The notes beneath the pieces were generated by a model. The model had not been told where the DNA came from. It saw nothing but the letters and a program-made list of their open reading frames with translations, and did no database searches. From NCBI GenBank assembly GCA_977016875.1, contig CDRNST010000034.1:868001-932000 (forward strand): DNA of 64,000 bases. The letters are read 5' to 3'. Below are positions 49,805 to 60,850 of the stretch, in pieces (the first letter of the stretch is position 1; the number at the start of each line of letters is the position of its first letter). The position numbers and the translations under genes were made by a program. The DNA comes from Pavona decussata. Its lineage: Eukaryota.

Positions 49805-51978
49805 TTAAAGGTGATCAAGGAGAGGTTTCCATTTTTCAGGAGGGTCGTTGGAACCGTTTTTCTCAATTTCATAGGTTTTCTTTAGAAAACGTAGAAATTG
49901 TGGAAAGTTGGGAATTTCGTTTTTCATTTTGCAAAGCCAAATGTGATATCTGCTCATCAAACAGCAAAAATTAATTTGGAGCTTAGCATCTGAGGTGTCA
50001 GGGCTAAGGCCTAAGGCAGTGATCATGTCAAGGTTTTCGTTCTGAATTAGTGAGCAAGCACATAGCCAGTTGAATATACTTTTCCAAAAAAGAGAAGTTA
50101 ACGTGCAATTCCAGAAAATATGAAGCAAAGTTTCGGTTTCTCCTCCACATTTGTTTGGAGGGGAGAAAGGATATGAACCAGCTGTGAAGCGATAAGACTT
50201 TTTAATATCGTGATTTTCCCGAGTAGGCTTAGTCTTCGGTATTGCCAGTTTCTTAGTAAATTCAGAACTTTTTCCGTTTTTTCTTGGAAATTCAAATTCG
50301 CGGTTCCTTCAGGGTCTATTGAAAGCTAAACTCCAAGTGCTTTGATTTTTATTTGCTGCCATTTAAAACCTTTCTCTGGACATAAAACCTCTGGACTTCT
50401 CGCCTTTGAACCTATCCATAACGCTTCAGTCTTTTTGCTATTGAGTTTAAGACCATTATAGAGAGTTTCAATCCATTTCTGGATTGAAGGACCAAAGCCA
50501 TAGTGTTGTAAGGTTTTTTCAATAAAAGGCCATTCTAGTGTGTCAAATGCTTTTTCAAAATCTAAAAGCAAAATCAGACCAGGAATGTTTTTGTTTGCGG
50601 TGTAATTTATGACACTGTCAATCAGTCGTATGTTTTCACCAATGAACCTTCCTTTAATAAATCCTGTTTGATCGTTATTGACAAGTTTCGGAAGAATTGA
50701 CTGGATTCTGTTTGCAATTGACTTCGCAGCTATTTTATAGTCGCAATTTAGTAAAGATAAAGGTCGCCAATTTTTAAGGGTTTTTAGGTCTGCTTCTTTC
50801 TTTGGGATAAGTTTTATAATCCCTCGTCTCTGAGTAATTGCCAGGTGACCGTTCTCGTATGCGAAGTTAAGGGCAGCGATCAGAGCACCCGAAATATCAT
50901 GCCAAAAAGTTTTGTAGAACTCCACCGGTAGCCCATCTGTTCCGGGAGTTTTGCCGTTCACCATTTGCTTCAAGGACGAAAAGCATTCTCTCTCTGTTAG
51001 CAGTCCCTCGCACGAAAATTGTTCTTCCTGCGATAGGTGTACATTATTCTCTTTTGGAAAAAAGCGGTTGGCTATGTGTGGATCCTGCACGCCTCTCACT
51101 TTTAATTTTATCATCTCCCATAGGAGAGAGGGACCAACATAAGGATCATTCGCATATTCATCTTTTGTTTGTTGAATAATATCTTTAATTTTGCTAACAT
51201 AATTGTCTTCGGACAGGAAAGATGTGTTTAATTTTCAGAGACCTGGGCCCCTGGGGTTAAAATTGGTTGTGATTTCCATAGTTATCATTGAATTATCGGT
51301 TTTATATCCAGGGACAATGTCTGCAGTGTTGATATTGCCCATTAAACTCTGGCTCGCTAGGAAAAAATCAAGCCTGCATTGAATATTAGGGTTCTTTTGA
51401 CGCCAAGTGAATCTTTCTTCCTCTGGGTTTAGTGTTCTCCATATATCAATAACATCCCAGGTCTCGCAAATTTCTTTAACCTCTTTAAGAGAATTCTTAT
51501 GTGTGGTGGGACGGCCTCCTCTCTTATCCTTCGTAATATCCAGTACTAAATTAAAGTCTCCGCCTATAATTATCTCGTCGCATTGAAACTCGCGTAGATA
51601 AGTGGATATATCTCTGAAGAAATCAGGTTTGTCGTCATTTGGTGCGTAAAGGTTACAAAGAGTGATCATTTTACCGTTTGCTTTGATGTCGCAGATAATG
51701 AAGCGCCCATTAGGATCTGAGCGTGTTTTCATGATTTCTAAATCAAAACTGTTATTAAAAAGGATGCATGCGCCTGCTTTGTTGCTTGTGCAACAGCTGA
51801 AAAGGGCTTTATATCCCCATTCAGCGGTCCACAAATGAATATTGTTTTCCGTGCAATGTACTTCTTGTAGCATACATATCGAGAGCTTTTTGCTTCGATG
51901 CCAGTTGAAAATTTCTTTTCGTTTCAAAACCTCTCCAAGACCCCTTACGTTTAAAGAGCTAAGTTTTAAAGCTTCCAT
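49805..51978 (-). pseudogene. Tx1 ORF2: APE endonuclease, partial RT, C-terminal cysteine-rich region
   Basis: SLNVRGL, LQEVH, NLYAPN, GGDFN, RLDFFL; KTPGTDGLPVEFYK, NWRPLSLLNCDYKI, LDFEKAFD; QG and YADD motifs deleted; LHIFWNC. Confidence 0.93.
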
Positions 51979-52467
51979 TTAGTGCACAAATTTTGAAGAA
52001 ATGTAGTATAGATCAAGATGCGTGACCCGTGCGAGAGACCAAGCGCTTATGAAATAAGCGCACAATTCAATATGCAAAATATCATGCGGAATAAATTTTC
52101 GAGACCAGTGGCTAAAATAAAAAATCACAGTCACATATAAACACATACAAAACAAAATAGTTTTTGCAGTGAGGCTTGGCGTTTTAGCTAAGAAAATTGA
52201 CAAAAGAACGCCTTAAATAGAGAAAAAAAGAAAAACAACAACAGCAAAGACTTATAGCTTACTAAAGTGCAATAAAACTTCGCTTTTAGGATGCGCGGCG
52301 TCGGTGCCTGTTGTTTATAATCAGGACGTCGTTCGCATAAGCCGTTATTAAAACTGAAAGAAAACACGAAGCAATATAATAAAGAAAATTTATGCACTTA
52401 ACATAAACAAGTGTTTTCCTAAGTCGGCTGACATTGACCGAAATAACAATGCTTATTACCGATTACT

Positions 52468-52860
52468 TTAGAGTTCTAAGGCTTTTCCTACTGGCCACAG
52501 CTTACCTCTAACGAAAAGTTTATCTGGTTGCGCCTTACTGAAGGCCGCGGGAATTTTATTTTCCTTCGCTTTCTTGAAAATGGGCATTTGCTTTTTCCTC
52601 CTCTGGACGATTTCGCATGGTAGGTCTTGGTACATCTTGTAGTTGCTGTCTTTCAGACGCCTTCCCAGTGATAGAATCTTTTTGCAGTCTTTGAACCTCA
52701 AAAATCTGGCAAGGATAGGTCTTGGCTCATTCTCTTTCTTTTTTCCCAGTCGGTAAACTCTTTGGAATTCCACTGTCATCGCGTCCATGTAACCCAACTC
52801 GGTATCCATAAAGTTACGGAGGACCTGCTCGGCGTCTTCTTTATCACTGCCATCTTCGAA
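52468..52860 (-). pseudogene. Tx1 ORF1 C-terminal part (RRM/CTD-like)
   Basis: EFQRVYRLGKK..PRPILARFLRFKD..YQDLP.EIVQRRK..PDKLFVRG. Confidence 0.85.
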
Positions 52861-52873
52861 TTCGTTAACAAAA

Positions 52874-53880
52874 AAAACAAGTTAAATTTTTGGCTATTTT
52901 AGACACCAAAAACTGTCGATTCTTTCCCTACAAATCGAGGCGAAAATTAAAGCGTTTGATGTTTGTCCCAAAAAACGTGAAGCGAGAAATCTGAATTTTT
53001 CGAATTCAGCTTTTATACTTAAGCTTACTTGGAGTGGTGCCATGTTCCAGTATGGCGAATTCATTAAAAATAACACTCAGTCCAAGTCTTAACAGTCGTA
53101 AAGATAATAAGAACTATTTTTTAAAAACGGCAATCTAAGAAATACTTATAAGAAAAAGGTACATTCCACGAAGCCAAAAATAATATTAAATAAAATTAAA
53201 TCTTCTTATCTAACGCCGGTTTCGGTTCTTGAGCATAAAACGTGCGCGAATGTCAAAAAGAATTCTTACTCTAACTGCTTGTAATTTAACCTAAAAATCT
53301 GTGAAGGCATTTGAAAGATATCTCGATTAATGCAAAGTAGGAACTGTTTAATTCATTTGCGCTTTGTTTTAACTGTTTTCAAACATATGTATTTTTAAAT
53401 CGGAGACACCCATGAAGCTCAATACACATTCAGAATATTTATTTATGAAGAAAGACCTTTTAACAGAAAAAACAAAATGTCAAGTTTTACTTTGCCAGAG
53501 ATATTGGTGAAAAATGCTGCAATAAACACAATCACCCCGAAAAAAATTGATTCATTAATTATTCGAAAACGCTCATACAGATTTGTTTTTGATTTCGCCA
53601 ACAAATTTTCTAGATTAAGTAGTTTAAATCCGTAAAGTTTCGTCATGAAGTGTCGGAATAGTTTTCGAGATAATCGACAATGTTTAAAATGAGAGGCTAT
53701 GTGTTACCATTGCTATTGTAATAGTTGTTGCTTGGAAACCAATGAAAAAAATTAACTTTGGCATTAGTGTGAAATGATGATGTAGTATGAAGGAGATCAA
53801 AGCTTATCTTCCATGCGAGATTATCAGTAATTTCAAAACTTCACCCTAAGTCCAGAAAAACTGCTGTGAGCTTCCTTTAA
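52874..53880. mobile_element. Non-autonomous TTAA-type (Kolobok-like) element, right part; left part about 49160-49410
   Basis: Ends gtgagcttcct followed by TTAA (53877-80); the Tx1 TSD joins it to the 49160-49410 segment; left TIR poorly matched. Confidence 0.4.
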
Positions 53881-55377
53881 AGAGAGAGATGGACTTAAAA
53901 AAAAAATCCATTTAGTGCCTCCAAAATGTCCAAGTGATGGTGCTCTGGCAGAGGTAACAACTCATTGCCTTGGGCCGTTTTAATTCTCACCAGGTCTGAA
54001 CAAATGAATCTGGCAGTGGCAGCATAAACTATGGCTACCGTCTGTCATGAACAAGTTGGTTAACATGCTGTCCAAGAGCCTCTTTGACATAAAAATGTCC
54101 TCTCAAAACTTCTATGCCAGCTTTGTACTTTGAACCCCAATCATCTTTAGTTGACCTTGAAAGAACTTCAGGACCATTTCCTGAAACCTGTAACAGGTAG
54201 TAATCTTCGTCAACATCCCCTGAAGCGATTGCTACAGTGGAGTTTGCCGAAATCAAGTCAACAATTCTCTTGCGCTGCTCATTCATGTCTGCACGTGTCG
54301 CACGTCGCTCAACTCTTTCAGATTCAAGTTGGACCTGTTCCCATTTTGCAATGTATTCTGTGTTTGTGCCCTCATCTTTTTTGTAATCAAGACATTTCTC
54401 GCAATAACAAGACAGTTTCCGGATCTTAAGGTTTCTCTTAGGGCCATTTGCTAGAATGCTGTGAATGTTGCGGTTCTTTTTCACCTCTCGAAACATTTGA
54501 TGTGGCCTCTCTCTATCGTGCGCAGGCTCGAAAAAAAAAAAAAAACGTGCCTGTTGTGCTTAACCACTTGGGATTGGGATGTTGTTGAAGTCGGTAAACT
54601 TAGTCCGGCTTTCGCAAAATCAAAAAAGATCTTTTGCATTTGGAATGACATTTTCACGTCGAACCACTGCCATGTCTGCTTTGTGTTTAAGATTAGCCCC
54701 CGCGCCGTCTTGTGGGCCCTTTGCATGGGATGTTTCAAAATAGTTCCTGTTGGAAAACCAAAGTCAAGGAGTGAAAAACTAACGTCTCCCATACAATGGC
54801 AACTCTTGTACTGCGCTGAGCAGCCATCCGTACACTCATGCATTACTTGGACATCGTAACCAATATCGTTCACGTAATTCGCTACATTGGTTCGGCAACC
54901 CTGAACCGAGTGATTGTCGTGCCTTAAGTCAGGGGAAATTGTAAACAAATGTTCGGTGACAATTCTCGGATCGTTCTCTGAACTTTCTTCGCCATCAATA
55001 TTAAACAAAGCGTGCCGATGCAAAACAGTTACGTGAATGGAGGGTTGTGTTTGCCCATACTACAGTGACTGAATCTGGTCCTGATGCTGGCAAGTATAGT
55101 TTTCAGAATAATCATGAATGCAGCAAATACATTACTTGCAAAACATTTCGGATGTTTTTAGGACGGTAATTTTCGGACATTTTTTCCTTCATTTCGAACA
55201 ATTTTCGGACAAAAATTTCGGACACTGCGCTGAAACATGCCTAAAGTAAATTTACGACTAAAAGACATGAATTAGACTGAAGTAAAATCTGTGAAAATGA
55301 TAGTTTCGCTGTACCTTCAAGGTTTTACAGCCGGATACACCAACGAGAAAATAACAAACTCAATCAAGCTTATACCT

Positions 55378-56427
55378 TGTTACGCCGCAAAATGTAACAA
55401 ATAACGCAAAATGTAACATTAACACGAAATGTAACAACTTTTGACGTAAAATGTAACATTAACCCGAAAGGTAACAACTTCTGACGCAAAATGTAACAAT
55501 TTCTTTAACGGGAATTGTAACAACTTCATTAACGCAAAATGTAACAACCTTTTTTGGTGGATTATTACTAGTAAAGCAGTTTCTGCTGTGTATGATAACG
55601 GAAATATAAGCGATTTTCCAAAGTTATGTTACTTCTAACTAACATCTCCAACAGTGGCTGACAGGTGTTTGTAATTGTTCCTGCCTTCGGACATGCTGTG
55701 CGAATTTTTTTGTTTGTTTGTTTATAAAAAATTATGATAATAAAAAAAAACTTTATTTAAGTGTCGAAGTATTTAGCACTGACTGTACCGCTAACTGGGG
55801 AAGCTAAAATCAGTGAAATAAATACACAAACTGAACATAACATATGTTAAAAATTCCAACTGGTGGGAGGCAAACCAGTTGGGTATTTACAGAGCGTGGC
55901 CTTGGATTCGAGAATGGGGCTTCCGTGAAACAAATCCAAGTGGTCAGAGCAGGACTTGAACCCGGGGACTCCAGATTACAAGTCCGGTGCTCTAACCACT
56001 AGGCCACGCCGCCTCCCTGTAAAAGACATTAAAGATATTAAGTAAGTCAAGTTGTCGTCCGTCCTTGAGCACAAAAGGGCAGACACGAACTATTTTTTCA
56101 AAAACAATAGAACTTTTCAATTTCAACAAAAGAAAATCTTGAACTGATCATGTAAACTGTAGGTTGGTATAATTTGAAGAAGAAGGCTAAATATCCTTCT
56201 GTGTATATCAAGACCAGAGTTGTGACATTTTGCGTTGTTAGATTTCGCGTTAAAGAGGTTGTTTCATTTTGCGTCAGAAAGTTGTTACAATTAGCGTGAA
56301 AGAAATTGTTACATCTTGCGTCAGAAGTTGTTACCTTTCGGGTCAATGTTATATTTTGCGTCATAAGTTGTCACCTTTCGCGTTAATGTTACATTTTGCG
56401 CTAGTTGTTACATTTTGCGGCGTAACA
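55378..56427. mobile_element. TGT..ACA MITE with 5-bp TSD (Ginger-like)
   Basis: TIR tgttacgccgcaaaatgtaacaa at both ends; TSD TACCT at 55373-77 and 56428-32; arrays of ACGCAAAATGTAACA. Confidence 0.88.
55735..56017 (-). mobile_element. tRNA-derived SINE
   Basis: Head ggaggcggcgtggcctagtggttagagc (A box)..ggttcaagtcc (B box); core gtaaatacccaactggtttgcctcc; LINE-like 3' end with AATAAA. Confidence 0.88.
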
Positions 56428-58393
56428 TACCTTAAGCAGTTTCTCAAATATTTTCCTTTCCAGTGATAAAAAGAACGACTGAGCAAAGCTGTCTAATGCG
56501 AATTCTAGCCATATCATGTACATTGGCTTTGAATATGTGATGCCGTCGCACAGAAAGTACTTTTAAAGTTTTATACTATACTGAAAAAATTACAGACGCT
56601 TAAAATTTCGGACGGTTTTATTTTCGGACACTATTTTTGTCCGAAATTAAAATTGTGTGAATTTTTTTGCAGGTAATGTATGCTCTAAAGGCAAGTTATC
56701 TAATAGACTTTGCAATTGATCATGCTGCCATCTTGCGCGAAATCTATGCGCAGGAAATGTTTCTAGAAGTTTGGTAGAGTAATCGAACATCTCACCTGGT
56801 GAGGTTTGCATCTCAATCAGCTGCAGCCTCCTTTTCTCACCCGTTTCAACGTAATCAAATTTTTGCCACTTGACTGTAGCAAACGAATTTGTTCTAGTAC
56901 TCTCTTCTGGCAGTAACTGGAATTTCCTTGTGCCACAGTTTCCACAGGATCTATGTAAACACTCTGACTTGTGGAATTCATTTCCTGGATTTTCACATAA
57001 TGTTTCGTCCACTAAATCGTTCAAACTATCATAAACTGTAAAAAGGCCGACTGCGTTCCGCGTCTTTGGTAAGGATACTTCTTCGATAATCCAGGCATGG
57101 CTTAAATAGCATCCGAATTTCAACATGCTCATGGCAATAACAAGAATTTCTGTCTTCGGGTCGAGCAGTGACAACATTAAAAAGGTTTACAGCTTTCAAA
57201 TGCTCTTTGCTTTATGCCAATCTCCGAATATTTCTTTTTGAAATCTTGAAAAAAATCTCGCTCTGAGTTTTTTCCAAAATCTGCTTCTCATGCTTAATGT
57301 ATTCATTCAGCCCTAGTCGTTTTCGTTTAACATCAGGGCAAGAGTTTCCAGTTCTCGCCCAAAACTCAAAAGCAAGTTTACGTACATCCTCTGATAGGGC
57401 GTCACTGCGTGTCTTTCTGTGCCTCTACATCCACGCGGACTCTCTATTCGCAAGTTCAGTGGCTCTCCTTTGCATACTCTGAGCAATTCTTCGCCAATTA
57501 ATTCCAAATGTCGCCGAGGCAGCAGTCGTAAGGCCACTACCTTTTATGTTATCGCCACACAACATTGCAATGCCAGTGCTTATTGCTGCTCTCGAGTTAT
57601 CGTTTCTCCTTGATTTTTCCTTTTCTTACATAGAGATGACATCGTCAACAACTTCTCGAAAAAGTTTATACTGGTTTTGTTCTTCAGCTGAAATGACAAC
57701 GCACGACTTCTCCAAAATCTTTCTTGTGCCAGGACTATTTATCAACGAAGAAACAACAGCAGCTTTTTTTTTGGAGGTTTAGGTAGTTTTTCTCTCACGG
57801 CGTCTACTGCTCGTTTCTTGGTCGTTGATGAGGAAAAAGGCAAAAGTTGAGTTGGAGATTCGGGACTTGTTACTTCTTTGGTTAAACTCTGACCGCTTGA
57901 CTTTGTTCAATGCCGTCTAGAAGTTTCTCTGCTTATTTCTCTTTTTTCTTTGTATCGATTTTCTGAGTCTATCGCTTTCTTTCGAGCTCATGGCTAAAGG
58001 ATAAGCGTGAATGAATGCCAATATGCACGATAAGGCACTATTATGTGTTGTCCTATTGTTCCCTATCGTGCATATCGTTCCTTCCGCATGCCTAGTTCCT
58101 ACTGTATATTAAAAACTAGAGCGACAAATTTTGACGAAATCTCACAGACTAACACAGCAACAATTAGCACCGACAGTGAAATGAATGTAGGAACAACATT
58201 CCCCACCTTTACATCACATCGATTTGATTTTTTCAAGTCTTAAACGGGTCAACATTAGCGCTAGTTTTTGCGTAACTTGGGCACTGGCAATGAAGGGAAT
58301 GAAAGGCACGTTCCATTCGTGCTATTTCGTTCCTTACGTGCCCGCACATTCACTGATTTGGGCTGTACTTCATGTTTTTCGAGAACTGTTGCG

Positions 58394-58642
58394 ATGAATT
58401 ACAGCTTGGCGATTCACCACATACGTGACCAGCGACTCGCGATGGTTGAAACTTTGTGTGAGTTGAAGCGCAAGTTAATAGAAACTCTCGGAAATTTAAC
58501 AACTTTTCAAGCCATTCAAGAGTTATCGCCGATCCTAGCAAATGACTGCAGTGTGAAAGAAAATATCCACGCCATGATAGCTGATGTGAACACGGTGGAA
58601 GATGAAATGACTCAAGCGAATCAAGTGTGGTCAAACAAGTGA
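58394..58642 (+). CDS. Small helical ORF divergent from the Sola2 transposase
   Basis: 82 codons MNYSLAIHHIRDQRLAMVETLCELKRKLIETL..; lies between the ATCGTGC arrays. Confidence 0.3.
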   Translation: MNYSLAIHHIRDQRLAMVETLCELKRKLIETLGNLTTFQAIQELSPILANDCSVKENIHAMIADVNTVEDEMTQANQVWSNK

Positions 58643-58748
58643 CTTTTTCTTTTCATGACCAAATGGCTCTTTTCAGAGCCACAACAGACAAAAAAAGCAA
58701 TGTCCAACACAAGAGATCTTTAGTTTTAGCTATTTGTTACAGAGATGT

Positions 58749-58820
58749 GCCAGACAAACACTAGGCGATTTTTAACGCCGATCGCTCCGATGAGCGAAAA
58801 TCGCCTAGTGTGTCCCTGGC
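58749..58820. mobile_element. About 70-bp hairpin mini-MITE
   Basis: gccag..acactaggcgatttt pairs with aaaatcgcctagtgt..ctggc. Confidence 0.6.
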
Positions 58821-59547
58821 GTTAAGTTAAGTCATAGTCTAGTGGGCTATGATCGGGCTTATTTGCGACTGCATACATCTCAAATTTCAAACGATGGATC
58901 GTTCGGAAAGTCAGTTTATTTACTCCTGGCTAATGCCCAGATTGTGGCTTTCCGCACGTACTGAGGAGGTAAACAAATTAAAAGTAACCCATTTGCTTAA
59001 GCGACTTTTTGGGGGAGTGAGTTGAATAAACGACGACGGTGAACAAAACCTGAAAACTCAACAGTGCACTTCAAGTTAGCACATGGAACAAAATATTTCC
59101 GCTAGTTGATCACGTCTTACCGATCGTTCGCAGTATTGTTCCTACACAATATTAGGCACAATCAGTTCCAATGGAGCAATTTATAAATAGCCTCTGAGGA
59201 GGGGCATGCAGGTACGAACAAAACAGGCACGAAAAGCGCGATAGCCGCGGGAACAATAGGGCACGATTTCCTGGCATGGAACGATAGAGGGAACGAATTT
59301 TGGACATGTGGGGACGATAGGAACGGGCGTGATAGGCACAAAATTGACTGAAAAGTGAGTTTTTTGGCGTTAAGTTAGAGTGACATTAAATCAGAGATCT
59401 TCTATCCTTAACCCTTTGGGGAACAGGAAACGACTGAATGACAAACGTAAACACAACTCATGTGCATCGTAGTTTTACTATAATCTGGATCAAATTTTTT
59501 TTCAACGCGACAATTTCGTTGACTAAGTCGAGAGCCTTTTTCACTAG

Positions 59548-59893
59548 ATAGAGGGAAAATTTCGAACACGATTTTCTCTAATCTTGGATCTGTAATTTTC
59601 TCGGAGCTATTAAAAAAAAGGAACATTTATAGAGTGCACATTCATTTAACTTTACCTTCCCCAGTTTTTATGATCGTATGATTTTTGTGAGCACCAAAAT
59701 TTAGAGTTTTCTGATGTCATAGAGGGAAAATTTCGAACACGATTTTCTCTAATCTTGGATCTGTAATTTTCTCGGAGCTATTAAAAAAAAAAGAACATTT
59801 ATAGAGTGCACATTCATTTAACTTTACCTTCCCCGGTTTTTATGATCGTATGATTTTTGTGAGCACCAAAATTTAGATTTTTCTGATGTCATA
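59548..59893 (+). repeat. Near-perfect two-copy tandem duplication, unit about 171 bp
   Basis: atagagggaaaatttcgaacacgattttctc begins at 59548 and at 59719. Confidence 0.93.
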
Positions 59894-60579
59894 CAAGATG
59901 TTACGCGTGTGGTAATCAACACCGTGCGCAAGGCCTGATTTTAAAAAAAATCTCTTCTTTATTTGCACTGCTAACAATTAGAAAGAGAGAAAAAACAAGG
60001 ACCAGCAACCAAAAAAAAAAGCGTTACAAAAAGGCACACTGAAAAGTTACAAAAAGGACTTTTTTCCTTTTTGTAACGTTACATTAGGGAAAAATGTTAC
60101 AAAAAGGAGCAAAACATGTTCCTTTTTGTAACATGAATCTAATCATTCATTCATGTGAAATGGAGTTTCATGTTGGAGATTGCCAGCCCATCTGACTTGC
60201 TCTAAGTTTGACATGAGACTATGATGAGTCTGACTTCTAACACTCTATTACCCTTTGATCCCTCACTATCCTTCTCAGGCTCTTCACCTCATTTCTAAGG
60301 CCTTCCACCTCTGCTTTCAACCACTCAAATTCTTGCGTGAAATGAGATGTAAGTGACTCCCAGTTTGAATTGCCAATGTTTCTGGTATTGGGTGGAAGTG
60401 AGTCAGTCATTGGCACATTTTCACAGTGATTATCCGCCAGTTGAAGCAATTTTGTGAAGCTTTTTGCCGGAGACATGTGACAAGACAATGGTGTTGGGTA
60501 TGTACATGTATCTAAGTCAAGTACTTGGGGAGGAGTGATAAATGGGTTTTGCAAAGTCGTATGTGAATTGTGGTCAGTT

Positions 60580-60850
60580 AGTGGTTGAGAAATGGTGTGG
60601 TCTGAGTTGGTGAATATGTATGTGATGTAATGGTGTTTGTGCATGGACTGCGGTTGAGTAATGGTGTGGTCTGAGTTGGTGGATATGTATGTGATGTAAT
60701 GGTGTTTGTGCATGGACTGCGGTTGAGTAATGGTGTGGTCTGAGTTGGCGAATATATATGTGATGTGTTGTTTGTGTGTGAACTGTGGTTGAGTAATGGT
60801 GTGGTCTGAGTTGGTGAGTCTGTATGTGATGTAATGGTGTTTGTGCGTGT
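60580..60850 (-). repeat. 69-bp minisatellite (about 4 copies) within a possible coding exon
   Basis: aatggtgtggtctgagttgg at 60591, 60660, 60729 and 60795; the ORF continues into a coiled-coil EFEWLKAEVEGLRNEVKSLRRIV. Confidence 0.85.

Larger units (their letters stand above)
49411..52873 (-). mobile_element. L1/Tx1-clade LINE, 5'-truncated in ORF1 and internally deleted
   Basis: 18-bp TSD aaaacaagttaaattttt at 49393-49410 and 52874-52891; (AAT)n/poly(A) tail; ORF1 and ORF2 remnants. Confidence 0.93.
55130..56678. mobile_element. TA-targeting MITE within the Sola2 ORF
   Basis: TIRs cattacttgcaaaa and ttttgcaggtaatg with TA TSD; TTTTCGGAC repeats; excision restores LPLEHICCIHDYSENY. Confidence 0.9.
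53900..57995 (-). pseudogene. Sola2-like transposase
   Basis: CLHRSCGNCG, HRFRARWQHDQ, ICCIHDYSENY, ISPDLRHD, TDGCSAQYKS, ETSHAKGPQDGAG, RKLSCYCEKC; frameshifts; split by the 55130-56678 insertion. Confidence 0.8.

Noticed and set aside
55378-55550. CRISPR-like repeat array
   Set aside because: No unique spacers or cas genes; the repeats are mirrored at the other end of a MITE in eukaryotic DNA
55940-56017. tRNA gene
   Set aside because: A and B boxes are present but continue into a SINE body and LINE-like tail; no convincing acceptor stem
59408-59430. piggyBac-like left end (TTAA-CCCTTTGG)
   Set aside because: No partner end identified
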